From: Candidatus Scatosoma sp.
Lineage (GTDB): Bacteria; Bacillota; Clostridia; Christensenellales; Borkfalkiaceae
Length of the DNA: 64,000 nt
Direction: 5' to 3'
Assembly (NCBI GenBank): GCA_045614565.1
Contig: JAZLDG010000074.1
Coordinates: 38,561 to 102,560 of the forward strand
The notes under the pieces are model-generated. The model was not told where the DNA came from, did not search any database, and saw nothing but the letters and a program-made list of their open reading frames with translations. Shown in pieces: positions 48,895-58,191 of the stretch. Position numbers and translations under genes: made by a program. Every line of letters begins with the position of its first letter. Position 1 is the stretch's first letter.

Positions 48895-51800
48895 TTATTC
48901 GCCGTCTTTTTTCAACGAAAGCATTTCGCCGTTCACTTCTATTTCGTCTTTTATCAGTCTTAACGCCGTTTCCATACGCTCCGTTAAGGCTTCCCCTGCG
49001 CGGGCAAAGCCAAGCTGCGAAGCAAGCAAACGGAACAAACCCGCTTTTTCCACCGTTACGTTTCTACGCAACAGCTCTTTAATCCCTGCAATCAGCTCCT
49101 GCAATTCAATATACTTGATATCCCGCGGCTCGTCGCCGTCCTTGGGCACGCGAAGCATCGGAACGGGTTTATTAATCAAATACAAAAATCCGTTCAAACG
49201 CACAATCCCCCAACGCTCGCAACCCTGCATGAGTTTGTTGAACTCGTCGTGCACGACGCCCGTCACCTTTTCCCGACCGCCAAACGCGAACACGATCCGT
49301 TTCAACAGCCATTCTTCGGAAACGGGAGCTTCCTTTTCCACGATCGCTCTCGTCATCTTCACGACGTCTTTTTTATACATTATACCAAGTCTGTTCTCGT
49401 CCAGCTTCTCATACTTGGGGAACTCGAAATGCTTTTCCTTGACCGCTTGTTCAAACGTCGTTTCCTTTTGCCCTTTGCTTTCCTTTTTCGGGGGATGCGC
49501 AATCGCGTACTTGACCGCCGTCAGCAAGCGTTCCTTTTCTACCCGTTTATTCGCAAACCAGTCGGTAGACCAAATACGGTAATACCGCCAGCCCATACGC
49601 TCCATAACTTCCTGCTGCAAGCGATCGCGATCTCTCGTCGTATGGGCGTCGCGATACGCCGCGCCGTCGCACTCGATCGCGAGCGCATATTCTTCCGTAT
49701 TCGGACGTTTGACCGCCAAATCGACCTTAAAGGACGAGCTTCCCAGCCGTTTTTCGACTTCAAAGCCTTCCGCCGTCAAAAAGTCGCAAATCTCCGCTTC
49801 CAAATCGGAATCGTGCGTAGCAAAAAGCTGCGTTTGCGACGTGGCGCGCGTAAGCGCGATATCGCCGTTTTCAGCGTAATCCAAATAATCCCGCAACAAT
49901 CTTGCTCCCACCGAGTTGGTACGCGAAATATCGATATCTCCGTAGTGCATAGACGAAACGAGCTGTACGTTATATTTCGCGCGCGTAACGGCAACGTTCA
50001 GGCGCCGTTCGCCGCCAGCACGGTTGACAGGGCCGAAATTGAGCAACAATTTCCCCTGCGCATCCTTGGCGTAAGCCACGCTGAAAATGATCACGTCGCG
50101 TTCGTCACCTTGTACCGTTTCCAAATTCTTGACGAAAAACGGCTCGCTGCGGTCGGATTTGAAAAACCAGTCCTTGGACGGGTCTTTTTTTCTGCGTTTG
50201 GTAATCAGTTTATCGATCAAGGTTTGTTGCGAAATACTAAACGCGACCACGCCGATACTTCTATCGGGATATTTTTCAATATTTTCAAACACGAGCTCGA
50301 CGACGCGTTCCGCTTCCAAGCGATTGGTTTTGCTCGTTCTGTCAAACACGCCGTCCACGTAAAAGTAATCGACGCCCAAGCCCTTTTTATCCTTTTGCGC
50401 CGAAGGGAAGGTCACAAGCTCTCCGTCGTAAAAATTCTCGTTAGAGAAGGAAATCAAGCGTTCAAAACGGCTTCTGTAATGCCATTTGAGCCGTCTTTGC
50501 GGGAAGGTCGTGGAGCAAAGATCCAAAATGGACTCGAAATCAGTAATATCTTCTTCTTCGCTATCGTCGAAATCGGCGGTGGAATTAAAGAAATTGCTCG
50601 GCGGCATTTGCTTGGAGTCGCCCACGACGATGAGCTGTTTTCCGCGATAAATCGCGCCGACCGCGTCCTGCGGGAAAATTTGCGAAGCTTCGTCGAATAC
50701 GACCACGTCAAATTGTATATCGGGGCTTAAAAAGGTACTTACGCTCAACGGCGACATCAAAAAGCAGGGTTTGAGCGTTTGTGCCAGCTCACCGATTTCC
50801 GACAGTAGCTGCCGTATGCCCTTTTGTTTGCGTTTTTTCTCGCCTTCGCGGAGCAAAATCGCAATACTGCTTCCTTGCGCGATCATATCCAAGGACGGTC
50901 TTTGCGCAGACAGCGTCGCTTTGATTTTCGCTTTATTGATATCGAAATGTAAATTGTCTTTTTCCTTGAACCGTTTTACCGTTTCGTCGTGCGGTATTCT
51001 TGCAAATTCCGCAAGCGCAGGCGTTTGGCCGAGTACCAAATCCGCCCATTGCGAATAGTAGGTTTTTTGGAACGTATCGCAAACGGCGGGGGCAGGTATG
51101 CGTTTATCAATGGTTTTATTGACGAACGTAAACAGCGACAAGGCTTTCAATTCGTCCAAAAGCTTCATAAACGAGCACCAGTGTCCAAGCTCGTCTACGC
51201 GGTCTAAACAGTCGCGGTATTTTTGCGTCAACGCGTCCAAAGGCGCGCGTTGCGTGTCGTACGCGTTCAAATCAAAGCGTTCTTTCAAACCTTTTTCCGC
51301 TTCGCCGTCCTTGGCAAACGCTTTTTCGTACGCGTCGAAAAATCTTGCAAACGAGCCGCGTTCGCTTTCAAATTCGCTCGGCGTATATTTTTGCAAACGC
51401 GCAAAGTCTACGTTTTCGGAATGAATTTCCGCCAACCGCGTCAATTCGTCGATCGCGCGCTTAAAATCCGTGTTGACCCCTGCGTAGTCCTTGCCCAACG
51501 CGTCCTTTACGCGATTTTCCAATTCGTCAAATTCGCGGAGCGTAGTTTGATACACGCAAAGATCGTCCATCGACGACACCGCTTTCTTATACGGGAGCTT
51601 TTTGCCGTTTCCCGTGCAGAAACGGATATCCTGCGCGATTGCTTTGTATTCCTTGGAAAACAAACGGGTGAAAAATCCGTCGTATTGCCGCGTTAATTTT
51701 TTATACAGTTCTTGTCCGTTGAGCTTATACACGTCTTGATCAAAGCGCATATCTAGCGCCTTTTTCTTTTGCAAAACGGTTTCGGCGAGCGTTTTCATCT

Positions 51801-53502
51801 TCCCACAAAGCTCTAATACGCGCGTATTTTCGCTTGATTTTAACAGCGTAGGCGTGATAAAACGCGCGTCTTTTAACAAGGCAAAGCATTTTTCAAGCGT
51901 TCGCGCGCCGTTTACGCCGTCTACGCACACGCCGTATTTGTCCTTGACGCTGTCGCGTAAAATCACGAGCGTATCGCAAAGGCTGATTGCGCCTTGAAAC
52001 TCCGCTTTGAGCTTGGTTACGGACGGATAGGAATAATCCCCGTCAACGTAACCGTACCAAACGTTCTTACGGTAGTCGTAGCCCACGGACTCGGTATATT
52101 CCGCGTATCGCGTCAACGCCGTTTCCGCTTTTTCGCCGTATTCTTCGCCCTTGCTAGGCAAATCCGAAATCACGAAATCCATCGTAGGCGCGTTTCGCCG
52201 CGCCGCGATTTCTTCAAATAAGCGGTACGCCGATTTATTGATAATCGGGCGGGGCGCGTGCAATTCTTTGGCGTATTCGTCCAAGCGTTCTTGCGCTTCT
52301 TTTTTCAGCCGAATTTCCCGATCCGCTTTATCCGAAACGCCGCTTTTTTGCAACTTCAAGGTATGGCAAAGCTCTTCGATAACCTGCTTTTTATTGGCTT
52401 TATGGCTGTGCAATTCCAAACAAAATTCTTCCAAGCCAACTTTTTTTAATTTATCGTATACGACGCTCAACGCCGCGAGTTTTTCAGAAACGAACAATAC
52501 CTTTTTTCCGTCGCCCATACATTCGGCGATGATATTCGTGATCGTTTGACTCTTGCCCGTTCCCGGAGGCCCTTGCAAGACGAAGCTTTCGCCTGCTTTG
52601 GCAAGCGCAATCGCTTCCCCTTGGCTGGAATCGGCGTCTACGACGTTACGCAAAGACAAAAGGTCGGGGGCAGGTATGCGTTCATTGTCCGTTTGTTCCA
52701 CCTTTTCGCCAAGCAAAGCGCGAATACAAGCGTTTTGCGCGATCTTGGGCGCGTTATCCTTTAAGTCCTTGTACATATTGATTTTCAAAAAAGAAAACGT
52801 ACCGATTTTACATTCCGTCGTCACCGTCCACTTCAACCGCGAAACGACGTCTTGTATCCGCAAGAAATACCCTTCGATCCCTTCGTCTTCGTCGTATTCG
52901 GGAAGCTTCACGCCGAACTCGTTTTGGAGCTTAAAGGAAAAAGTCGGATTGACGATCACTTCGTCGTCCGTTACGCGTACGTAGCAAGGCTCGACGGGAG
53001 ATTCGTTTTCAATGCAAACAGGAGCGAGCAAAATGGGCGCGCGCATACTCGTGGGCGCGTTTTCGTTTTCCCGCCAGTGAATAAAACCGAATGCAAGATA
53101 GGCGATATTGACGCCCGTTTCTTCCATTGCACTACGCGCTTTTTTACCGATGTTTTTCAGGGCTTGAATGGGTTTATTTTCGCTGTTATATACGAGAATT
53201 TGACGGTTTTTCACCTTTTTACGATAGGCGAGCAAATATTCGCCCTTGGTGATTTTTTGTTCTACACTTTCCCCGTCCCAAAGCGTGGTGGGAAGCGTAT
53301 AATCTTCGTCGTCTTCTTGCTTGGGATCGTATACTTCAAAGACGGCGGAATGTTCCGCGCGAGAAAATACCGTCGCAAAATCGGGATAGACGATTTCCGC
53401 CGTTCCCGTTTTCGTGTCCTTGAAATTGATCAAATTATTCCCCTTGCCCGTATCCAGCAATAAATCCGCCCATACGTGCAGTTTCTCCGTTCCCTTACTC
53501 AT
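48895..53502 (-). CDS. 1535-aa DUF4011-like / Upf1-like SF1 helicase / Vsr-DUF559-like endonuclease / DUF3320-like protein (Hhe-like)
   Basis: Helicase motifs: Walker A LQGPPGTGKSQT, motif II VVVFDEASQI, then LIVVGDSKQMPP, VQGDERDVIIFS and RLNVAVTRAK. The endonuclease-fold segment is FKVDLAV...ALAIECDGAAYRD...RDRLQQEVMERMGWRYYRIWSTDW. The long N- and C-terminal extensions fit DUF4011 and DUF3320 by layout. Confidence 0.8.
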   Translation of the reverse strand: MSKGTEKLHVWADLLLDTGKGNNLINFKDTKTGTAEIVYPDFATVFSRAEHSAVFEVYDPKQEDDEDYTLPTTLWDGESVEQKITKGEYLLAYRKKVKNRQILVYNSENKPIQALKNIGKKARSAMEETGVNIAYLAFGFIHWRENENAPTSMRAPILLAPVCIENESPVEPCYVRVTDDEVIVNPTFSFKLQNEFGVKLPEYDEDEGIEGYFLRIQDVVSRLKWTVTTECKIGTFSFLKINMYKDLKDNAPKIAQNACIRALLGEKVEQTDNERIPAPDLLSLRNVVDADSSQGEAIALAKAGESFVLQGPPGTGKSQTITNIIAECMGDGKKVLFVSEKLAALSVVYDKLKKVGLEEFCLELHSHKANKKQVIEELCHTLKLQKSGVSDKADREIRLKKEAQERLDEYAKELHAPRPIINKSAYRLFEEIAARRNAPTMDFVISDLPSKGEEYGEKAETALTRYAEYTESVGYDYRKNVWYGYVDGDYSYPSVTKLKAEFQGAISLCDTLVILRDSVKDKYGVCVDGVNGARTLEKCFALLKDARFITPTLLKSSENTRVLELCGKMKTLAETVLQKKKALDMRFDQDVYKLNGQELYKKLTRQYDGFFTRLFSKEYKAIAQDIRFCTGNGKKLPYKKAVSSMDDLCVYQTTLREFDELENRVKDALGKDYAGVNTDFKRAIDELTRLAEIHSENVDFARLQKYTPSEFESERGSFARFFDAYEKAFAKDGEAEKGLKERFDLNAYDTQRAPLDALTQKYRDCLDRVDELGHWCSFMKLLDELKALSLFTFVNKTIDKRIPAPAVCDTFQKTYYSQWADLVLGQTPALAEFARIPHDETVKRFKEKDNLHFDINKAKIKATLSAQRPSLDMIAQGSSIAILLREGEKKRKQKGIRQLLSEIGELAQTLKPCFLMSPLSVSTFLSPDIQFDVVVFDEASQIFPQDAVGAIYRGKQLIVVGDSKQMPPSNFFNSTADFDDSEEEDITDFESILDLCSTTFPQRRLKWHYRSRFERLISFSNENFYDGELVTFPSAQKDKKGLGVDYFYVDGVFDRTSKTNRLEAERVVELVFENIEKYPDRSIGVVAFSISQQTLIDKLITKRRKKDPSKDWFFKSDRSEPFFVKNLETVQGDERDVIIFSVAYAKDAQGKLLLNFGPVNRAGGERRLNVAVTRAKYNVQLVSSMHYGDIDISRTNSVGARLLRDYLDYAENGDIALTRATSQTQLFATHDSDLEAEICDFLTAEGFEVEKRLGSSSFKVDLAVKRPNTEEYALAIECDGAAYRDAHTTRDRDRLQQEVMERMGWRYYRIWSTDWFANKRVEKERLLTAVKYAIAHPPKKESKGQKETTFEQAVKEKHFEFPKYEKLDENRLGIMYKKDVVKMTRAIVEKEAPVSEEWLLKRIVFAFGGREKVTGVVHDEFNKLMQGCERWGIVRLNGFLYLINKPVPMLRVPKDGDEPRDIKYIELQELIAGIKELLRRNVTVEKAGLFRLLASQLGFARAGEALTERMETALRLIKDEIEVNGEMLSLKKDGE

Positions 53503-53564
53503 AAGTAAATCCTCTGTGTTTTATTTAAGCGTTAAAATCCTATACCGCAAAGACAATGTGTACT

Positions 53565-53621
53565 TTAACCAATTCAATATAATCCAAACTCGCGCAAAAG
53601 ACGTCTTTTCGCCGCATTTCG
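53565..53621. repeat. solo end (57 bp) of the MITE-like element
   Basis: TTAACCAATTCAATATAATCCAAACTCGCGCAAAAGACGTCTTTTCGCCGCATTTCG matches the reverse complement of 6377..6433 with 1 mismatch. No second end lies nearby. Confidence 0.8.
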
Positions 53622-53691
53622 TACCGCTGATATCCAAAACGATATAATATTTCTTTTTTTATACCGCCTACTACTTACTATATCGTATAAT

Positions 53692-53720
53692 ATTATAAAA
53701 CTTTTCGCGCGCGATGTCAA
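53692..53720 (-). promoter_or_regulatory. consensus sigma-70 promoter for the giant helicase gene
   Basis: Minus strand reads TTGACA (53715..53720), a 17-nt spacer, then TATAAT (53692..53697). This predicts a 5' UTR of about 180 nt. Confidence 0.6.
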
Positions 53721-53761
53721 TTACATTGTACGGCTATTTTTTGATCTTTTGCGCAAGCCGT

Positions 53762-53790
53762 TTGACTTTCTTTCCGCTTGGGTGTATAAT
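53762..53790 (+). promoter_or_regulatory. consensus promoter for the GNAT gene, positioned for a leaderless transcript
   Basis: TTGACT (53762..53767), a 17-nt spacer, then TATAAT (53785..53790). The ATG at 53797 is 7 nt after the -10 element. Confidence 0.5.
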
Positions 53791-53796
53791 AAAGGT

Positions 53797-54264
53797 ATGG
53801 AAACGAGACCTTTGTCCCCCTTTACCGAACGGGATTTTGAAAACTTATACGATTTTATGAAGCCGATTTGGCTGGAAACCTACGGACCGATTTTGCCGCA
53901 AGAACAAATTTTGTTCCTGTTGGATAAGTATTTTTCACAAAAGGGCTTGGCGCACTATAAAAGTCTTGGCTATCAGTACCGCAAAATAGACGACATCGGC
54001 GTGGTCGTGTTCGTCGACCGCGGGGAATATACCTATATGGACAAATTATACTTACTCCCCGCCGCACGCGGAAAACGGTATCCCGCGTTCGTGTTCGCCG
54101 AGCTTGCGAAAGCGGGCAAGGATATCGTACTCAACGCAAATTCGCACAATACCCGCGCCGTAAACTGTTATTTGAAAAACGGATTTGTGATTGAACGCGC
54201 AGAAGATATCGACCTTGGCAACGGTATGCTCAACCGCGATTTCGTAATGCGAAAAAAAATATAA
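53797..54264 (+). CDS. GNAT-family N-acetyltransferase
   Basis: About 155 aa with an acetyl-CoA-binding-like segment LLPAARGKRYPAFVFAEL and a C-terminal NTRAVNCYLKNGF. Confidence 0.7.
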   Translation: METRPLSPFTERDFENLYDFMKPIWLETYGPILPQEQILFLLDKYFSQKGLAHYKSLGYQYRKIDDIGVVVFVDRGEYTYMDKLYLLPAARGKRYPAFVFAELAKAGKDIVLNANSHNTRAVNCYLKNGFVIERAEDIDLGNGMLNRDFVMRKKI

Positions 54265-54312
54265 CCGTAAAGTTTACGCCCCCAAAGCCGAACAGCTTTG
54301 GGGGCGTACGTT

Positions 54313-56301
54313 TTATTCTAATTCAAACGCGCCCGTGTACAGTTGATAGTACGTACCCTTTTGCGCGATTAGCTGTTCGTGCGTGCCGCGCTCGATGATA
54401 TGACCGTGGTCAAGCACCATAATTGCGTTGGAATTGCGGACGGTGGAAAGTCTATGGGCGATTACGAACACCGTTCTGCCTTCCATCAGTTTATCCATAC
54501 CGTCGGTAACGAGTGCTTCCGTACGCGTATCGATACACGAAGTCGCTTCGTCCAAAATCATCGCGGGCGCGTCGGCAACCGCCACGCGGGCAATGGAAAG
54601 GAGTTGTCTTTGACCTTGGGAAAGGTTTGCGCCGTTGTTGGTAAGCACCGTTTCGTACCCGTCGGGCAAACGTCGGATAAAATCGTCTGCGTTGGCGAGC
54701 TTGGCGGCGGCGATACATTCTTCGTCCGTCGCGTCCAGCCGTCCGTAACGGATATTTTCCATTACCGTACCCGTAAACAAATTCGTGTCCTGCAAAACAA
54801 TCCCGAGCGAACGCCGTAAGTCGCTTTTACGGATTTTATTGATATTGATACCGTCGTAACGGATTTTTCCGTCGGCAATATCGTAAAAACGGTTGATAAG
54901 GTTGGTAATCGTCGTTTTTCCCGCGCCCGTCGCACCGACGAACGCGATTTTTTGCCCAGGTTTGGCGTACAGCGTAACGTCGGTAAGCACCTGTTTTTCG
55001 GGCACGTAGCCGAAATCGACCATATCCATTACGATATCCCCTTTCAGCTCGGTATACGTCGTCGTACCGTCCGTTTTATGGTAATGCTTCCAAGCCCAAA
55101 GCCCCGTACGCTCCTGCGTTTCCACGATTTCGCCGTTTTCATCCTTTTTGGCGTTCACGAGCGTTACGTAGCCTTCGTCCATTTCGGGCGGTTCGTCCAT
55201 AAGCGTAAACACGCGGCTTGCGCCCGCAAGACCCATTGCAATCATCGAAACCTGATGGGACATTTGGTTGACGATTTGTGAGAAATTCCTTGAAAAGCCC
55301 AAAAAGGCAACGATCGTACCGATATCAAGAATCGCTTTTTCCGCCGCGAACAGGTTAGAAAAACCGATATTAGGCACTTGTAAGGTAAATAACAACGCGC
55401 CGATAATAGCGATTAAAACGTAGGTGATGTTCCCGATATTGCCAAGGATCGGACCTAAAACGTTACCGAAAATATGCGCGCGCTCGCTATCCTTGAAAAG
55501 TTTTTCGTTCAACTCGTCAAAATTCTCTTTGGCTTTTTCTTCGTGGGTAAAGACTTTAACGACCTTTTGCCCTTTCATCATTTCTTCTACGAAGCCTTCT
55601 TCCATGGCAAGCGAAGATTGCTGCGCGACCATATATTTCGCGCTGTTTCCACCGATTTTCTTGACAACAAAGGTCATCGCCACCGTGCAAAAGCCCACGA
55701 CGATGGAGAGCCAGAAACTAAACGAAAGCATCATTCCCACGGAAACGACGAGCGTTAAGGCATTGGAAAACATATTTGGCAAGCTTTGTCCGATGATTTG
55801 CCGTACCGCGTCCGTGTCGTTCGTGTAACAGCTCATAATTTCGCCGTGCGCGTGGGTGTCGAAATATTTAATGGGGAGCGACTGCATTTTGGCGAACATT
55901 TCTTCGCGCAACCGATAGAGCATACCCTGCGTAACCGTCGCCATTATCCGCGAATATACGAAGTTTGCCACAACGACGAATCCGTACACCGACACCATCA
56001 TTACGATCAAACCCGTCAATACGCCGTACAAAGCGTCCGTCATACCGCCGCCCTTAATTGCGGGCGTAATGACTTCGTTGACGAGATCTTTCATATACAG
56101 CGTGGAAACCAAGCTCCCGAGTGAACTGAATATCAAGCACAGAAAGACGACGATCATTTGCCATTTATAATACTTAAACAGCATTTTCATAAGACGGGTA
56201 AACGTGCCTTTCTTGATCGCGCCCTTGGGAACGGGCATTGCGCGGCCACGCATCGGTTTTACCACGCGGGGTTTTTGTTCGTATTTCTTTTCTTCCGACA
56301 T
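54313..56301 (-). CDS. ABC transporter ATP-binding/permease (exporter half-transporter)
   Basis: Six-TM domain followed by Walker A GATGAGKTT, the signature LSQGQRQ and Walker B ILDEATS. Confidence 0.88.
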   Translation of the reverse strand: MSEEKKYEQKPRVVKPMRGRAMPVPKGAIKKGTFTRLMKMLFKYYKWQMIVVFLCLIFSSLGSLVSTLYMKDLVNEVITPAIKGGGMTDALYGVLTGLIVMMVSVYGFVVVANFVYSRIMATVTQGMLYRLREEMFAKMQSLPIKYFDTHAHGEIMSCYTNDTDAVRQIIGQSLPNMFSNALTLVVSVGMMLSFSFWLSIVVGFCTVAMTFVVKKIGGNSAKYMVAQQSSLAMEEGFVEEMMKGQKVVKVFTHEEKAKENFDELNEKLFKDSERAHIFGNVLGPILGNIGNITYVLIAIIGALLFTLQVPNIGFSNLFAAEKAILDIGTIVAFLGFSRNFSQIVNQMSHQVSMIAMGLAGASRVFTLMDEPPEMDEGYVTLVNAKKDENGEIVETQERTGLWAWKHYHKTDGTTTYTELKGDIVMDMVDFGYVPEKQVLTDVTLYAKPGQKIAFVGATGAGKTTITNLINRFYDIADGKIRYDGININKIRKSDLRRSLGIVLQDTNLFTGTVMENIRYGRLDATDEECIAAAKLANADDFIRRLPDGYETVLTNNGANLSQGQRQLLSIARVAVADAPAMILDEATSCIDTRTEALVTDGMDKLMEGRTVFVIAHRLSTVRNSNAIMVLDHGHIIERGTHEQLIAQKGTYYQLYTGAFELE

Positions 56302-58079
56302 TACGCTTCACCCCCTTTACTCTTGGTTTGCGCTTCGTAGATTTCGCGATAAATATCGCTTTCTTTCATAAGCGCGTCGTGATTGCCGCAAGCCACAATC
56401 TTGCCGCCGTCTAAAATGAGTATCTTATCCGCGTGTTCTACGGACGACACGCGTTGCGCGATAATAATTTTCGTCGTTTGGGGAATTTCCGTATCGAACG
56501 CTTTACGGATAAACGCGTCCGTTTTGGTATCGACCGCGCTCGTCGAGTCGTCCAAAATCAATATCTTGGGTTTACGGAGCAAAGCGCGGGCAATACAAAG
56601 CCGTTGCTTTTGACCGCCCGAAACGTTCGTGCCGCCCTGCTCGATATAGGTATCGTACCCGTCGGGGAACGCACGGATAAATTCGTCCGCTTGCGCAAGC
56701 TTGCACACGCGTTCGATATCTTCGTCGGTGGCGTTCTCGTCGCCCCAACGCAAATTTTCTTTAATCGTACCCGAAAAGAGTACGTTCTTTTGCAAGACCA
56801 CCGCCACGTCTTTGCGGAGTGCGTCCAAATCGTAGTCCTTGATGTTCACGCCGCCGACGTACACCGCGCCTTCCGTCGCGTCGTATAGACGGGGAATGAG
56901 CTGAATGAGCGTAGTTTTCGACGAGCCCGTGCCGCCTAAAATCCCCACCGTTTCGCCCGATTGAATTTCCAAATTTATATTAGAAAGCGCGTATTCATGG
57001 GCCGTTTTCGCGTACTTGAACTGTACGTTTTCAAAACGCACAGAGCCGTCCTTGACCTGCGTTACGCCCTGCTCGGGACTGACGATGTCCGATTCGCATT
57101 GCATAACTTCCGCAATTCTCCGTCCCGATTCTAAGGACATAGACAGCATCACGAAAATCATAGAGAACATCATAAGACAGGCCAGCATTTGTATACCGTA
57201 GGCAATGAGCGCGGAAAGCTGTCCCGTACCGAAACCGTCGTACGCCGCCCAAAAGTTCGGATCGACGATCGCGTACGCCGCGAATACGGAAATGAGAATG
57301 GACGCAAAATTGATAAACAGCGTCATAATCGGGCCGTTGAGCGCGATTACCTTTTCCGCGCGCGTGAAATCGTCGCGGACTTCCCCCGCCGCTTTTTGGA
57401 ATTTTTCCGTTTCGTACCCTTCGCGCACGAACGATTTGACTACGCGAATACCGCCCACGTTTTCCTGCACGGAATTATTGAGCGCGTCGTATTTTTTGAA
57501 GATACGACGGAAATAGGGCATAACGAAACGCATAATCGAAATAATCAAAAATGCAAGGAAGGGCACGATCACGACGAAAATCCAAGCGAGCTTGGGATTG
57601 ACCGTGAAGCTCATTATAATCGCGAAAATAAATTGCAAGGGTACGCGTACCACAATCCGCAAACACATTTGAAAGGATTGCTGTACGTTGGAAACGTCCG
57701 TCGTCAAGCGGGTCACGAGCGACGAAGTAGAGAACGTGTCTACGTTTCCGAACGAGAATTTTTGCACTTTATAAAACAAATCGTGGCGCAAATTTTTCGC
57801 AAAGCCGCAGCTTGCCGTCGCTGCAAACCGGCCCGCAAGCACGCCGCTTACGATGGATACGAGCGCGAGCGCGACCAAAATAATCCCGTATTTTAATACG
57901 AGCTGCATCGCGACGTCCGAAGCCACCACCGAACCGTCGTTGGGCTGAATCGCGGTGATAAGCTGTGCCATAAAGAAGGGAATTAAACACTCGCATAACG
58001 CTTCTAAAACCATAAAAACGGGCGTTATGATCGCGGGTTTTTTATATTCCCTTACGCTTTTTAGCAAGGTTTTTACCAT
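56301..58079 (-). CDS. ABC transporter ATP-binding/permease (exporter half-transporter, partner subunit)
   Basis: TMD followed by GGTGSSKTT, VSGGQKQR and ILDDSTSAVD. Its stop abuts the downstream partner's start. Confidence 0.88.
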   Translation of the reverse strand: MVKTLLKSVREYKKPAIITPVFMVLEALCECLIPFFMAQLITAIQPNDGSVVASDVAMQLVLKYGIILVALALVSIVSGVLAGRFAATASCGFAKNLRHDLFYKVQKFSFGNVDTFSTSSLVTRLTTDVSNVQQSFQMCLRIVVRVPLQFIFAIIMSFTVNPKLAWIFVVIVPFLAFLIISIMRFVMPYFRRIFKKYDALNNSVQENVGGIRVVKSFVREGYETEKFQKAAGEVRDDFTRAEKVIALNGPIMTLFINFASILISVFAAYAIVDPNFWAAYDGFGTGQLSALIAYGIQMLACLMMFSMIFVMLSMSLESGRRIAEVMQCESDIVSPEQGVTQVKDGSVRFENVQFKYAKTAHEYALSNINLEIQSGETVGILGGTGSSKTTLIQLIPRLYDATEGAVYVGGVNIKDYDLDALRKDVAVVLQKNVLFSGTIKENLRWGDENATDEDIERVCKLAQADEFIRAFPDGYDTYIEQGGTNVSGGQKQRLCIARALLRKPKILILDDSTSAVDTKTDAFIRKAFDTEIPQTTKIIIAQRVSSVEHADKILILDGGKIVACGNHDALMKESDIYREIYEAQTKSKGGEA

Positions 58080-58191
58080 AAGTATCTCCTTCTATCATTG
58101 CATTATCCATACCATTATATTTTTTTATAAAAAATATGTCAACGGTTTGGGGGTAAAAATTTATCCTTTCACGGAAATTTCATTTTTGGGG

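Noticed and set aside
54313-58079. The paired ABC half-transporters as a bacteriocin or lantibiotic export/immunity locus.
   Set aside because: No precursor-peptide ORF, peptidase domain, modification enzyme or two-component regulator lies nearby. The pair looks like a generic heterodimeric multidrug/lipid-type exporter.
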